Positions 9,089 to 19,823 are shown, counted from the stretch's first letter. The stretch is 64,000 nt of DNA from Candidatus Zhuqueibacterota bacterium (GCA_049322915.1 JBMOPW010000007.1:96001-160000), one strand, 5' to 3'. A program made the numbers and translations. Notes: generated by a model from the sequence alone, not told the origin.

Positions 9089-9337
9089 AAAACGCACCTG
9101 GCCGGAGAATATTGGTAGGGGAAGAATGTTGAAATATTTTTAATCATTAAAGGAAAAAAATCTCGGTCGTTCCGTCTAATAGTTGACACTTGTAACAAAG
9201 GGTGAATCATTGTGCGAATACGTTATGAGTGTAATGACCGTCACAATCCACTGGGACAATGAACGAATGACTGCACTCTGATTATCGGATAGACAGGAAT
9301 GACCAGAGAATGTGGTTGCAATCAGGAGGATAAAACA

Positions 9338-10930
9338 ATGTATATAACAAAGAAGAACGCATTTATGTTGGTGATGGCGATCTTTGTTGGCGTCATTGCC
9401 GGATTGGCGATATCGACGAACTTCGATTGGATGTTCCGGGGTATCGCGTCGGATGGGACAGAGACTGTGGCGACAGTTGCAAGCAAGGAGAGCCCATCCG
9501 CAGAGGGGAAAATTTCATCTTCTTCGGCTTCGGCAGAAAGTCAGGACGAAGGAATGGATAACCTTCTGCTGCTCGAAAAAGCCTATATCAACGTGGCAAA
9601 AGAGGTGAAACCCTGGGTGGTGACAATTACCAGCGAGAAAATCATCCGGTATAATTACAGAAATCCATTTGATATGTTCGGCAATGACTTCCTGGATTTC
9701 TTTGGTAATCGCGACCGCAGGAATCAGGATAGAGAGGAAAATCAGAAAAACAATGAGCGCGAATTTGTCCAGCAGGGACTGGGATCCGGAGTCATTGTGT
9801 CGAAAGACGGCTATGTGCTCACCAATAATCATGTCGTGAAAGAAGCGGATGAAATTCGAGTCATGACCATGGATAAAAAAGAGTTCCAGGCAGAACTGGT
9901 CGGCCGCGATGAAAAAACCGATGTCGCGGTGATAAAAATAAAAGGCAATGATTTTCCATTTGCCCGGCTTGGTGATTCCGATAATATTCAGGTGGGACAA
10001 ATTGTCCTGGCCATTGGAAATCCATTCAGCGAGTTGTTGCAGCATACGGTGACGGAGGGAATAATCAGTGCACGGGGCCGTTCCAATATCGGCCTGTCGA
10101 CGTACGAGGATTTCATTCAAACGACGGCGGCCATCAATCCCGGCAACAGCGGCGGTGCACTGGTGGATTTGAAAGGAAATCTGATCGGAATCAATACAGC
10201 GATTTTATCGCGATCCGGTGGTTTCAACGGGATCGGTCTGGCGATACCGATTAATATGGCCCGGCGGGTTATGGAAATGATCATCGATCGCGGCTATGTG
10301 TTACGCGGCTATCTGGGAGTGACACCGCAACCGATTGATGAAGACATGGCCCAGGCTTTAGGTCTGGAAAGCACGGAAGGTGCGTTGATCACGCGCGTTG
10401 AAAAAGGAACACCGGCAGATAAAGCCGGGATATTGGAAGAGGACGTGGTGGTGGAGATGGATGGCAAAAAAGTGGTCAATGATACCGACTTCAGACTGCG
10501 CGTGGCTGAACATAATCCCGGCGACCGTGTGGATCTGAAAATTTTCCGTGATGGGAAATATCGGAATATCAGTGTAAAGCTGGATGAGCGTCCCGATGAT
10601 AGACCGCCAGAAACGGTCACAGAGCGCGAAGTAACGAAGCTTGGTATTTCAGTGGCTAACCTGACGACAGAAAAAGCGCGACGGTATGGGTATGAAAATG
10701 AAGAAGGAGTGCTCATTGTTGATGTGAAACAATCGAGCGTCGCGTATCGGAAAGGATTACGTCAAGGCGATCTTATCGTATCAATTGATAAAACAGCGGT
10801 GACCAATGTACGCGAGTACGAGAAAGCATTGAACAGCGCCAAGCCCGGTGATATTCTGCTCATCCGGGTGAAGCGCCATTCCGGAGACGAAATCTTCCCG
10901 CTGTCGATTGCTATTCGATTGCCGGAATAA
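9338..10930 (+). CDS. HtrA/DegP (Do) family serine protease with two PDZ domains, paralog 2
   Basis: Intact triad motifs TNNHVV, KTDVAVIK and INPGNSGG. ATG 9338 follows AGGAGG. Confidence 0.92.
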   Translation: MYITKKNAFMLVMAIFVGVIAGLAISTNFDWMFRGIASDGTETVATVASKESPSAEGKISSSSASAESQDEGMDNLLLLEKAYINVAKEVKPWVVTITSEKIIRYNYRNPFDMFGNDFLDFFGNRDRRNQDREENQKNNEREFVQQGLGSGVIVSKDGYVLTNNHVVKEADEIRVMTMDKKEFQAELVGRDEKTDVAVIKIKGNDFPFARLGDSDNIQVGQIVLAIGNPFSELLQHTVTEGIISARGRSNIGLSTYEDFIQTTAAINPGNSGGALVDLKGNLIGINTAILSRSGGFNGIGLAIPINMARRVMEMIIDRGYVLRGYLGVTPQPIDEDMAQALGLESTEGALITRVEKGTPADKAGILEEDVVVEMDGKKVVNDTDFRLRVAEHNPGDRVDLKIFRDGKYRNISVKLDERPDDRPPETVTEREVTKLGISVANLTTEKARRYGYENEEGVLIVDVKQSSVAYRKGLRQGDLIVSIDKTAVTNVREYEKALNSAKPGDILLIRVKRHSGDEIFPLSIAIRLPE

Positions 10931-10946
10931 TTAAGTCATTCGAGTT

Positions 10947-10984
10947 GAGGCAGGCAATGAATCATTGCGCCTGCCTCCGCTTTT
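10947..10984 (+). terminator. Intrinsic terminator after htrA-2
   Basis: GAGGCAGGCAATG...CATTGCGCCTGCCTC hairpin followed by TTTT. Confidence 0.65.
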
Positions 10985-11114
10985 ATTATTAAACAACAAT
11001 AGTTATTGGATTCATTTTTACATATTTGTACGGAGTCATCGAACATTGATGAGAATGCGAAATAGCCGGGTTCGAAACCTGGAATCAATGACTGGTCAGG
11101 AGAAGGAGTGAAAC

Positions 11115-11408
11115 ATGCCGACATACGATTATGTGTGCGATAATTGTGGTTATAGTTTTGAAGAATTTCAATCGATCAATGCAGCGCCGTTGACAGTTTG
11201 CCCCAAGTGTCACGGTCATATCCATCGCCGGATCGGGATTGGCAATGGGTTTTTGTTCAAAGGGAGTGGATTTTACACCACTGATTACCGCAGCGATGGG
11301 TACAAAAAGGACAGGCAGAAGGCTGAGAGCGGTGCATCCTCAACGGATGGCAAAGAAAGCACGCCGGCATCTCCGAAAGAGACGAAAAAAGAGAAACCTT
11401 TGGCGTAG
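11115..11408 (+). CDS. FmdB-family zinc-ribbon protein
   Basis: MPTYDYVCDNCG...CPKC...FKGSGFYTTDY with a low-complexity tail; AAGGAG RBS. Confidence 0.9.
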   Translation: MPTYDYVCDNCGYSFEEFQSINAAPLTVCPKCHGHIHRRIGIGNGFLFKGSGFYTTDYRSDGYKKDRQKAESGASSTDGKESTPASPKETKKEKPLA

Positions 11409-11531
11409 AATTGTGTCAAAACGGCATGTACGGCGCTTTTTAAATAACATGGAACAGAATGGTTAAAATGAGCAAGGTTGTAACGTATATAAATATACGT
11501 GCTTATACCCTTGCTTTTTTTATGGTTTCAA

Positions 11532-11547
11532 TGGCATGGTATTTGCA
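11532..11547 (+). promoter_or_regulatory. Putative sigma54 (-24/-12) promoter of dnaK
   Basis: TGGCAT-N5-TTGCA. Upstream TGTCA-AAA-CGGCA at 11414-11426 resembles the grpE upstream palindrome. Confidence 0.65.
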
Positions 11548-11661
11548 AAATGTGATTAGAATTTTTAACTGGAAGAAAACCATGCAATTGATTGGATGGA
11601 ACTTTGGAAAATAATTTGGAAAGTTTGATCATAATCATAAAAACGTTATAGGAGGAACCTC

Positions 11662-13575
11662 ATGGGTAAGATTATTGGCATTGATCTGGGGACGACGAAT
11701 TCTTGTGTAGCTGTTATGGAAGGTGGTGAACCAACCGTCATTCAAAACTCCGAAGGCGGACGAACAACGCCGTCGGTGGTTGCCTTCACGAAAGATGGCG
11801 AGCGTTTGGTGGGACAAATTGCCAAGCGTCAGGCAGTTACCAATCCGAAGAATACCATTTATTCGATAAAGCGGTTCATGGGACGTCGTTTTGATGAAGT
11901 CACCAAAGAGATCGAGGAAGTGCCGTACAAAGTAGTCCGCGGCAAGAATGACGTCGCGCGGGTGAAGATTGACGATAAAGAATATTCGCCCCAGGAAATT
12001 TCTGCAATGGTGCTGCAGAAAATGAAACAAACGGCGGAAGATTATCTGGGCCAGAAAGTCACAGAAGCTGTCATCACGGTTCCGGCATATTTTAATGACA
12101 GTCAAAGACAGGCTACGAAAGAGGCTGGTGAAATCGCCGGACTCACTGTGAAACGCATTATCAATGAACCGACTGCCGCGTCGCTGGCCTATGGCTTGGA
12201 TAAGAAGAAGGACGAAAAAATTGCTGTATTCGATTTGGGCGGTGGTACCTTTGATATTTCCATCCTTGAGATCGGCGATGGCGTATTTGAAGTCAAATCC
12301 ACCAATGGCGATACCCATCTCGGCGGCGATGATTTTGATCAACGCATCATCGACTGGCTGGTGGATGAATTCCTGAAGCAGGAAGGTGTCGATCTGTCAA
12401 AAGACCCGATGGGATTGCAGCGATTGAAAGAAGCCGCCGAAAAGGCAAAATGCGAATTATCGACTGTGGCACAAACCGATATCAATTTGCCATTCATCAC
12501 CGCGACCAATGCCGGGCCCAAGCATCTCAGTATGACGTTGACACGGGCAAAGTTTGAACAGCTTTGCGACGACCTGTTCCAACGGCTGGTCAAACCATGC
12601 GAAACTGCATTGAAAGATGCCGGAATGAAGGTATCCGAAATCGACGAAGTGGTGATGGTCGGTGGCTCCACACGCATGCCCAAAGTTCAGGATATTGCCA
12701 AACAGATTTTTGGCAGAGAGCCGCACAGAGGTGTGAACCCTGATGAAGTTGTTGCCGTCGGAGCTGCAATTCAAGCTGGCGTTCTTGCTGGCGATGTGAC
12801 GGACGTTCTCCTGTTGGATGTCACTCCGTTATCGCTGGGAATCGAAACACTGGGCGGGGTGTTCACAAAATTGATCGACAAAAACACAACCATACCAACC
12901 CGCAAGTCCGAGATATTCTCGACCGCTTCGGACAATCAGCCGTCAGTGGAGATTCACGTACTGCAGGGCGAGCGCGAGATGGCCACTGGAAACAGAACTT
13001 TGGGGAGATTCCATCTGGACGGTATTCCGCCAGCGCCGCGCGGTATTCCGCAAATCGAGGTGACTTTTGATATTGACGCGAACGGTATTTTGAACGTATC
13101 TGCCAAGGATAAAGCAACGACTAAAGAACAATCCATTCGCATCGAAGCCTCGACCGGATTGTCGAAAAACGAAGTGGAGAAAATGGTCAACGACGCTAAA
13201 ACTCATGCCTCTGAGGATAAAAAGAAACGTGAGCTTGTTGATTTGAAGAATCAGGCGGACCAGATCGTCTATCAGACTGAGAAAAATCTGAAGGAACTGG
13301 GCGATAAAATTGACTCGGACGCCAGGGGCAAAATCGAGGCTGCGGTCGGCAGAGTGAAAGAGGCGTTGAAGTCCGAAAAAGCCGATGAAATCAAATCGGC
13401 GATTGAAGGCGTCAATCAGGTGTGGAATGAAGTGTCGGCTAAACTCTACCAGCAGCAACAGCCCACCGGAGGCGCAAGCCAGCCGGAAAGCGGCAGTACA
13501 GCTTCAGGAACCAAAGATGAAAAAGATGTGGAAGAAGCTGATTACGAAGTTGTGGATGATGACGGAAAGAAATAA
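11662..13575 (+). CDS. dnaK: Chaperone DnaK (Hsp70)
   Basis: [42 protein letters not shown]. Confidence 0.99.
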   Translation: MGKIIGIDLGTTNSCVAVMEGGEPTVIQNSEGGRTTPSVVAFTKDGERLVGQIAKRQAVTNPKNTIYSIKRFMGRRFDEVTKEIEEVPYKVVRGKNDVARVKIDDKEYSPQEISAMVLQKMKQTAEDYLGQKVTEAVITVPAYFNDSQRQATKEAGEIAGLTVKRIINEPTAASLAYGLDKKKDEKIAVFDLGGGTFDISILEIGDGVFEVKSTNGDTHLGGDDFDQRIIDWLVDEFLKQEGVDLSKDPMGLQRLKEAAEKAKCELSTVAQTDINLPFITATNAGPKHLSMTLTRAKFEQLCDDLFQRLVKPCETALKDAGMKVSEIDEVVMVGGSTRMPKVQDIAKQIFGREPHRGVNPDEVVAVGAAIQAGVLAGDVTDVLLLDVTPLSLGIETLGGVFTKLIDKNTTIPTRKSEIFSTASDNQPSVEIHVLQGEREMATGNRTLGRFHLDGIPPAPRGIPQIEVTFDIDANGILNVSAKDKATTKEQSIRIEASTGLSKNEVEKMVNDAKTHASEDKKKRELVDLKNQADQIVYQTEKNLKELGDKIDSDARGKIEAAVGRVKEALKSEKADEIKSAIEGVNQVWNEVSAKLYQQQQPTGGASQPESGSTASGTKDEKDVEEADYEVVDDDGKK

Positions 13576-13638
13576 TCGGATTCACAGGGTGATTTCCACC
13601 TGGTTTTTCAGGTGATGATCGTTTCAATGAATCGATAC

Positions 13639-13673
13639 AGCGGGGCAATGCTACTTTTGCCTCGCTTTTTTTT
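13639..13673 (+). terminator. Intrinsic terminator after dnaK
   Basis: AGCGGGGCAA...TTGCCTCGCT plus T-tract. Confidence 0.75.
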
Positions 13674-13772
13674 ATTCAAAATTCCGACTGCCCCGGCAGG
13701 CGCGAATCCTTCGCCGGCACAGGGCCGAGTCATGACATGATGCGCGTGAACAAGCTGAAAATAATGACATTC

Positions 13773-13806
13773 AAAAAAGCGAGGTGAAAATGACCTCGCT
13801 TTTTTT
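13773..13806. terminator. Bidirectional intrinsic terminator between convergent dnaK and TonB receptor genes
   Basis: AAAAAAGCGAGGT-GAAAATG-ACCTCGCTTTTTTT. Confidence 0.8.
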
Positions 13807-13871
13807 AGAAGTCGTCGTGTTGTATGAAATCATTTGCGCGTGAAAGGACGTCAGGTGGAATACGCCGGGAG

Positions 13872-16151
13872 TTACCATTCCCACATTACACTGGTGGACA
13901 CATTTCTGATTTCGCCGAGATTGCGCTCCAGCGTGGTATAGGAATAATTAAATGCATTGTTCAACGCGAAAATGACATTCAGTCTGTGCCAGAAAAATTT
14001 GACCCGGAAATTCCAGATTTGCTGTTCCACCCGCGGATCAAGCGTGTACAGTTTCACCTGATCAATACGGCTGGCGTAGCGATATTCGGCCTGGAACTCC
14101 ACCGGCTTGGAACGGAGGGAAATGGCGGCAAATCCCAATACCCGCGGTCGATAGGATAATATCTCGCCTGAATCGAATTCATCGGTGATACGGTCCCATT
14201 TGCCGGCAAAAAAATCGCGCAGTACAACCCAGCTATTATCCAGCGATTCCATCTGGCTGGTGCCGGCGGGCAGAACCTTGGGGTCCATCAGCGTCATGTT
14301 AAAATCCAGCCCGACACGGTTGCGCCAAAGCTGGCCCTTTGTGGAGAACTCAAAGCCGCGAATCCGGGCGCGGGTGACATTGCGGAATTGAACCTGCACA
14401 TCGAAATTGTCGAGCATTTCTGCCACTGGTTCAATAAAATCATAATAGTCATTATGAAAAAACGCCGCATCGATCCACCAGTTCGAGGTGATCTGCTGGC
14501 GCAATCCTAAATCGTAGGAGTGCGAGGACTCGGCTTTCAAATCCTCATTGGGGATGATGTCGAAATAGGACACGCTGGCGTTGATGAACCGCTCGGTGAC
14601 TGACGCTGCGCGGAACGCGGTGCCGCCGGAGAATCGGAAAACGGTGTATTCGAACGGGCGATAATTGATGCCCAATTTCGGATTGACGTATGATTCGCGG
14701 AAGTGAGAATTCACTACAGTGTACGAGTCGTAGCGGATGCCCGGCGTTAAAGTCAGGTTTGGCAACACGTGCCATTCGTTCTGAAGATAGGGCGCGATGG
14801 AATACCCGCTGCGGTTCCCGATAAATTTTGTATGGCCGCCGTCGTATTTATATTCGACGCCGAACGTGAGACTGTGATCTTTGAAGGGCATCCAGTCTCC
14901 CTGTACCTCCGCGCCAATACCCTGGGCCGGATAGTAATCAGTTGAGCGCTCGTATTGGTCGCCGAACATGGAGCTAATGAAAGAGGCTCTGAATTTCATC
15001 ACCAGGGTTGCTGAAATGGGACGCTGATACAATAAATACCCATCAAACATATTGATTCGAACGCGCCGGTCAGAAAACCAGTAGGATGATTCCAGAGGCT
15101 GGTTGGGATTCTCCCACTCCACAAATTCACCCCGATCTTCGTAACTCCAACCGCTGTATAAAGTCAAATTGGTCGCATTCTTAAATTGGTAGGTCAGTTT
15201 GGTGCTGGCATTGTACCGTTCGAAAAAACCATCGGCGGCATACCCGGTGGATTTCTGTTGTCCATAATACGTATGAATTCCCAGCCGTCCAAATTTTTTG
15301 CTGAAGCTGACATCGAAGCGGTCGAATCGAAGCGGTCGGTCGGTCCATTTCCATTGAGGGTAGGGAGGATCATCGTACAGGCCGCCTGACCAGCGGATTC
15401 GGAATCGAACTTTATCAGACGGCGCTTTGGTGAGCACGTTGACAATGCCGCCCAGGGCGTTGCTGCCATACAGCGCTGACCCCGCGCCTTTGATGACCTC
15501 CACCTGCTCAACGTCCATGATGGGAATGATGTTCCAGTTGATTTCGTTTGTATCGCTGATCATCATGGGGACGCCATCGACCAGCAGCAGCACGCGCGAA
15601 CCAACACCGCGCGTGTATCCCGATGACCCGCGAATGTTGATGTGTCGCTCCACAAAATGGACGCCGGCAACGCTCTCCAGAGCATTGTCCAGCCGCATGG
15701 GGGTTCGTTCAATCATCTCGCGAACCGGCATCACCACCACGCTGTGGGGAGTGACGGTGATATCCTGATGTCGCTTGCTGGCAGTGACAATGACCGGATT
15801 CAGCCCGATGACTGTTTCTTCCATTGTTGCATCGAGTTGTGTGGTCTGGTCATCCAAAATTCGTATTTGGTCTTTCACTTCGGTGCGGTAGCCAATCATC
15901 GAAAAACGCACGGAGTGGGCGCCAACCGGAATCCGGGAGATACTGAACCGGCCGCTTTCATCGGTGCTGGCGCCTAAAAATGTGTTTGAGATTTGAACAT
16001 TCACTCCCACCAGCGGTTCACCGGTCGCCCGATCCGTAACCATGCCCTCGAGTGTGCCTTTGTGGATTTCGGCAACAACCTCAGTGCGCAAACTGGTTGA
16101 GATGAGGATGAGTAAAAAGATCACTGTTTGATTTTGAAGTCGCTTCATCAT
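13872..16151 (-). CDS. TonB-dependent receptor with N-terminal CarboxypepD_reg-like domain
   Basis: Signal peptide, GMVTDRATGEPLVGVNV, plug motifs (IRGSSG, VLLLVDG, VEVIKGAGSALYGSNALGGIVN), C-terminal aromatic residue. Confidence 0.93.
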   Translation of the reverse strand: MMKRLQNQTVIFLLILISTSLRTEVVAEIHKGTLEGMVTDRATGEPLVGVNVQISNTFLGASTDESGRFSISRIPVGAHSVRFSMIGYRTEVKDQIRILDDQTTQLDATMEETVIGLNPVIVTASKRHQDITVTPHSVVVMPVREMIERTPMRLDNALESVAGVHFVERHINIRGSSGYTRGVGSRVLLLVDGVPMMISDTNEINWNIIPIMDVEQVEVIKGAGSALYGSNALGGIVNVLTKAPSDKVRFRIRWSGGLYDDPPYPQWKWTDRPLRFDRFDVSFSKKFGRLGIHTYYGQQKSTGYAADGFFERYNASTKLTYQFKNATNLTLYSGWSYEDRGEFVEWENPNQPLESSYWFSDRRVRINMFDGYLLYQRPISATLVMKFRASFISSMFGDQYERSTDYYPAQGIGAEVQGDWMPFKDHSLTFGVEYKYDGGHTKFIGNRSGYSIAPYLQNEWHVLPNLTLTPGIRYDSYTVVNSHFRESYVNPKLGINYRPFEYTVFRFSGGTAFRAASVTERFINASVSYFDIIPNEDLKAESSHSYDLGLRQQITSNWWIDAAFFHNDYYDFIEPVAEMLDNFDVQVQFRNVTRARIRGFEFSTKGQLWRNRVGLDFNMTLMDPKVLPAGTSQMESLDNSWVVLRDFFAGKWDRITDEFDSGEILSYRPRVLGFAAISLRSKPVEFQAEYRYASRIDQVKLYTLDPRVEQQIWNFRVKFFWHRLNVIFALNNAFNYSYTTLERNLGEIRNVSTSVMWEW

Positions 16152-16288
16152 GAATTTAGCTTCGATTTCATATTTAGTTTTCTTTGTGATTATACCAATC
16201 CGGCTCTGTCACTCGCCGAACTGATCCCTGCTCCGGAACGATGATCCTTGATTCGCCCGAAGGAGACATTTCTTCTGTAAGAGCATTG

Positions 16289-17152
16289 CTATGGATTGAT
16301 GCGCGAGAAATCTGCAACCAGGTCTGCCGTCAATGTATCGCCTTCCCAGAGAATGGTGCCCTCGCGACCGAACATATTTGGGGTGTCCGGAAATTCGAAT
16401 TCAGCAATTCGTTTGAAATCGTAGGGAGAACCGCTCTCGCGCTTCCAGAACAACGCGACGTATTTGTGAAAGCTATTTCCGGTGACGTTCAATAAATACC
16501 GATATGGATGAAAACTTTTCTCGGTGATGGGAATCGTCAGGTCCCAGCCAAGCGCGAAAAGATAATCGATCGTTCGCTCCGGCTTCATGGGGAATGACGC
16601 CAGGATCATCATATCGGTATCATCAGGGAAATCCCCTTCATAGGTGATCTTGCCTTTGATGAAAGAACCGTAGCGAATCAGTCCAAAATCAGCTTCGATG
16701 TCGATTCCTGAAACGAACGTGTCGGTCTCTTTCAGCGTCACTTCGAGCGGGCGAAAAATATTCGGCTTGGTATAAACGCCCAGAATGTTCGAAATTGTCT
16801 CAAACGACCATTCTTCACCTTTTGGTTTCCAGAGAATGGCGATCACATCGTACGTCCCATAATTCAACGGTAATTGATATCGAACCGTATCCTCTGTGAA
16901 CGGCAGGGGCGAAGATTTGATAATATCAGTCCATTCATCCGGCGGAAAATCCGGCGCAACGACCACAATCACTTCCCCTGTCTTGTCGGTGGGCTGCCCC
17001 TCAAAATAGATATTGCCCTCAATCCAGGGCGATGGCTTCAGCCCGCCATCGCCTGCCATAGAAGTGAGGTCCACGCCAAGATCGCTGTCGCAGTTCAGAA
17101 CGACAACGATGAGCGCGATGAAAATGCCGAAGATGGAAAATCGTCTCTGCAT
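16289..17152 (-). CDS. Hypothetical lipoprotein with two similar beta-rich halves
   Basis: Lipobox-like VVLNC. Repeated I(E/K)G(N/K)I-x-(F/Y)EG...LxWK pattern. Co-oriented with the TonB receptor. Confidence 0.65.
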   Translation of the reverse strand: MQRRFSIFGIFIALIVVVLNCDSDLGVDLTSMAGDGGLKPSPWIEGNIYFEGQPTDKTGEVIVVVAPDFPPDEWTDIIKSSPLPFTEDTVRYQLPLNYGTYDVIAILWKPKGEEWSFETISNILGVYTKPNIFRPLEVTLKETDTFVSGIDIEADFGLIRYGSFIKGKITYEGDFPDDTDMMILASFPMKPERTIDYLFALGWDLTIPITEKSFHPYRYLLNVTGNSFHKYVALFWKRESGSPYDFKRIAEFEFPDTPNMFGREGTILWEGDTLTADLVADFSRINP

Positions 17153-17165
17153 ACTGGGATTCCCG

Positions 17166-18875
17166 TCATTTCAACAGAATTGTTTTTACAGTGGCAAAAT
17201 GAGTTTCGGTTTGCAATTTGATAAAATAGACGCCTGATCCGGCCGATACACCAGAAGCGTTACGACCATCCCATTGAATCTGATGAGAACCGGCGTCGAA
17301 GTGTCGATCCACCAACGTGGTCACATAATTTCCGTTGATATTGAAAATGTCCACGACAACCCGTTCTCTGACTGGCAAATCAAACGAGATGGTAGTCAGC
17401 GCATTGAACGGATTGGGATAGGCTGGTAACAACCTGAATTGTTTCACAGACGGGCCATCTGATCCGTCCGCCACATCGGTACGAATTTGGTAATTGATGG
17501 ATAAAGCAACCGGCGTATTGAAATTATCGAACAGGGTCCAGGCGGAATCTGCCGGGAAATTGGCTTTCAACAGGAAAATATCGCTGACCGCTTCAATTTT
17601 GCTGGTTAATTTATCGCCCGTGAACATCACGCCATTATCCCCGATGGAAACATCGTCCCCTGTGCTCAACCCTGTGTGGGCCTGGTCTTTGGCGTCATTG
17701 TCAGAACTGTCCCAGTAATAGAGGCGCCACGAGTAATTTTCGCCGCCAAAATATCTAATGTCATTGAGTGAAAGAACCGAGCCGGGCGCCCCGGATACCA
17801 TCGTCCAGAAACTTTTCTTTCGACTCAGTGAGTCAACGACGCCATCGGTTTTGCCCTGACCGTCCATGACAATATTCTGATTGACATTCACCCGGCCGCT
17901 ATCGCCGCTGAAAAATTTCATTCCCCTGGCATTGTCACTGTAGTCATAAGAGAAACGCACATGTTCGGTTTTGGCCAGCGCATCATAGTCGATCAGGTCG
18001 ATTTTTTTTGAGACGCGGAAAATGTGTGAATAGAATCGGCTCGTAAAGGGAACTTTGAACGTGTTGAGCCCTTCCAGATTCAACGTGGTATGGAGCAATC
18101 GGATGACGCGAATGGGCCCCTTCTTTATTTCAATCGGCGGATAGGCATTTGCAGGATTGACATCTTTATACAAACTCGTATCGCTCCAGTCGTATGGTGC
18201 GAATAAAATTTTGCCGGAGTAGCGGAATTTGTTTCGATCGAGAATGTCCAAATAATAGCCGGGCGCGCTGGTTTTGATTTTCACGAGATCCAGATTCCCC
18301 TGGGCATCATGACCGATCTCATAATTTGAAGAACTCGCGCGGTCCAGATTCGCGTCGTAGTCGACGTAGACCTTTGTACTCTTCGGCAGATTGTTGGATG
18401 AGCGAAATAAATAGGCCCAGCCACGTTTATTGGCTCCGTTGTATGGGTCGGTGACGATAATTTGATAGCGTGGATTTTCTGAAGCGGAAATATCGTCGAT
18501 CCATTTTTTTGTGTCGGCCTGATCTCCCAGATCGCGGACCATGAAAACCAATTCATCGCGGTTATCAAAGAGCTGGTTTTGCTCGATACCAATGGGGAAA
18601 TAAGAGAGAGTGGAATCGACACCAATCTCGCGAAAATCCATTTCATCAACCTGGAACGGGATTGGTTCCCACTGGCCTGTCGCAGCCCGATAGGCATATA
18701 AATAAAGTTGATCGATGGGTACTTGTTCGGCCGTATACTGCGGGAAGTTTTCACCCTTCAATTGCACGTACTCGTAGTTACGATTTATGGTCTTCATATC
18801 GTTTGCCTGGAGCATGGCATTCATCGCGATGATGCTGATAAAGACCGTCAGGAAAATAGTCGTTCTTTTTTTCAT
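17166..18875 (-). CDS. Secreted protein with T9SS/FlgD-Ig C-terminal sorting domain
   Basis: Signal peptide; C-terminal AYPNPFN...IQWDGRN...SGVYFIKL; N-terminal IPFQVDE...DELVF motif. Function unknown. Confidence 0.75.
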   Translation of the reverse strand: MKKRTTIFLTVFISIIAMNAMLQANDMKTINRNYEYVQLKGENFPQYTAEQVPIDQLYLYAYRAATGQWEPIPFQVDEMDFREIGVDSTLSYFPIGIEQNQLFDNRDELVFMVRDLGDQADTKKWIDDISASENPRYQIIVTDPYNGANKRGWAYLFRSSNNLPKSTKVYVDYDANLDRASSSNYEIGHDAQGNLDLVKIKTSAPGYYLDILDRNKFRYSGKILFAPYDWSDTSLYKDVNPANAYPPIEIKKGPIRVIRLLHTTLNLEGLNTFKVPFTSRFYSHIFRVSKKIDLIDYDALAKTEHVRFSYDYSDNARGMKFFSGDSGRVNVNQNIVMDGQGKTDGVVDSLSRKKSFWTMVSGAPGSVLSLNDIRYFGGENYSWRLYYWDSSDNDAKDQAHTGLSTGDDVSIGDNGVMFTGDKLTSKIEAVSDIFLLKANFPADSAWTLFDNFNTPVALSINYQIRTDVADGSDGPSVKQFRLLPAYPNPFNALTTISFDLPVRERVVVDIFNINGNYVTTLVDRHFDAGSHQIQWDGRNASGVSAGSGVYFIKLQTETHFATVKTILLK

Positions 18876-19210
18876 GGTTCAATTCCTCGGAGTTAATGAA
18901 TAATTTTTGAGTTGTAATATATATTTTTTCCAATATAAAATCAATAACATTTTAAAAATTATCAATAAATGCCCATGTGTTGGGTGACGACTAACACACA
19001 ATGAAGAAATTGTAATCTAAAATGGATATGCTAATTTTCAATTCATGCAAGTTCTGTGAGAAGCGCAAAAGAACGATTGAGGTGTTGGTCAGATGAAATA
19101 AGGACTATTTTTGAATAGGGCAGAGGCGTCAGGGGTGATAGATGCTTTGGTAGTATTAATGATATCTCTCAGGCAAGAAGGAGGGAAAAATTATCTTACT
19201 TTTTTTTGAG

Positions 19211-19364
19211 TAGGACCCGGATGATCAGCCAAACTAAGGAGGATGCGTCGCACGGATGACGAGGATGTTCACAGTTTAAAAAATCGTTTCTGCTTTTTCC
19301 GCGAGGATCAGCGCGGAACGGCCGCCGATCTTTTAGGAGGATCATCTGTGACATCAGCGTTCTA
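19211..19364. repeat. Dispersed palindromic repeat of the CGGATGAC/ATCCGCGT family, homologous (inverted) to 36511-36637
   Basis: Reverse complement shares TAGAAC...TCCTCCwAAAAGAT(C)GGCGG...TTCCGCGCTG...CGATTTTTTAAwCTGTGAACATCC...GTCATCCG with the 36.5-kb copy. Confidence 0.7.
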
Positions 19365-19639
19365 TTTCTTTTTTGGTTCTGGCTTATTCGGGTTAGGTTA
19401 TTTGTAGTGAAAAAACTGTCTGACTCGGCCATCCTTGATGGAACCAGGGAACGTTCTGCCATCTTTGTATCATTCAGAGCTTTTGAAAGGGCGTTTATTA
19501 TTTTATAACAGCCACCCGGTTCAAATGATCGCCTGGCAGGAACCTCATTTCCAATGAAGTAACCGCTTTTGAAAAACAGTCAGAGCATCTTTCTATTCAA
19601 CAAAAAAAACCGACTTGAAAATGCGGTCGGTTTTAATTG

Positions 19640-19700
19640 CTCCTGCGGTAGGACTTGAACCTACATCCCGAAGTTTCGGGATAACAGCCACCCGCTCTGC
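19640..19700 (-). pseudogene. Partial tRNA-Asn copy with a 16-bp palindrome replacing the 3' anticodon strand and variable loop
   Basis: Identical to the tRNA except that GCCTAGTGGT is replaced by TCCCGAAGTTTCGGGA. The 5' end is missing. It has its own duplicated terminator (about 19602-19634). Confidence 0.8.
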
Positions 19701-19710
19701 ATTTTCCTCC

Positions 19711-19744
19711 AAAAAAAAACCGACTTGAAAATGCAGTCGGTTTT
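19711..19744 (-). terminator. Intrinsic terminator of tRNA-Asn (duplicated at about 19602-19634)
   Basis: AAAAAAAAACCGACT-TGAAAATGC-AGTCGGTTTT hairpin; T-tract on the minus strand. Confidence 0.8.
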
Positions 19745-19750
19745 CAATTG

Positions 19751-19823
19751 CTCCTGCGGTAGGACTTGAACCTACAGCCTAGTGGTTAACAGCCACCCGC
19801 TCTGCCGATTGAGCTACGCAGGA
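19751..19823 (-). tRNA. tRNA-Asn (GTT)
   Basis: Cloverleaf TCCTGCG-TA-GCTC-AATCGGCA-GAGC-G-GGTGG-CTGTTAA-CCACT-AGGCT-GTAGG-TTCAAGT-CCTAC-CGCAGGA-G. CCA not encoded. Confidence 0.97.

Noticed and set aside
7985..9097. 370-aa antisense ORF over dnaJ
   Set aside because: Codon-bias shadow of a clearly real gene.
11635..12342. 235-aa antisense ORF (and further antisense ORFs) over dnaK
   Set aside because: Well-known shadow frame opposite hsp70 genes, often misannotated as NAD-specific glutamate dehydrogenase. It has no independent RBS or motifs.
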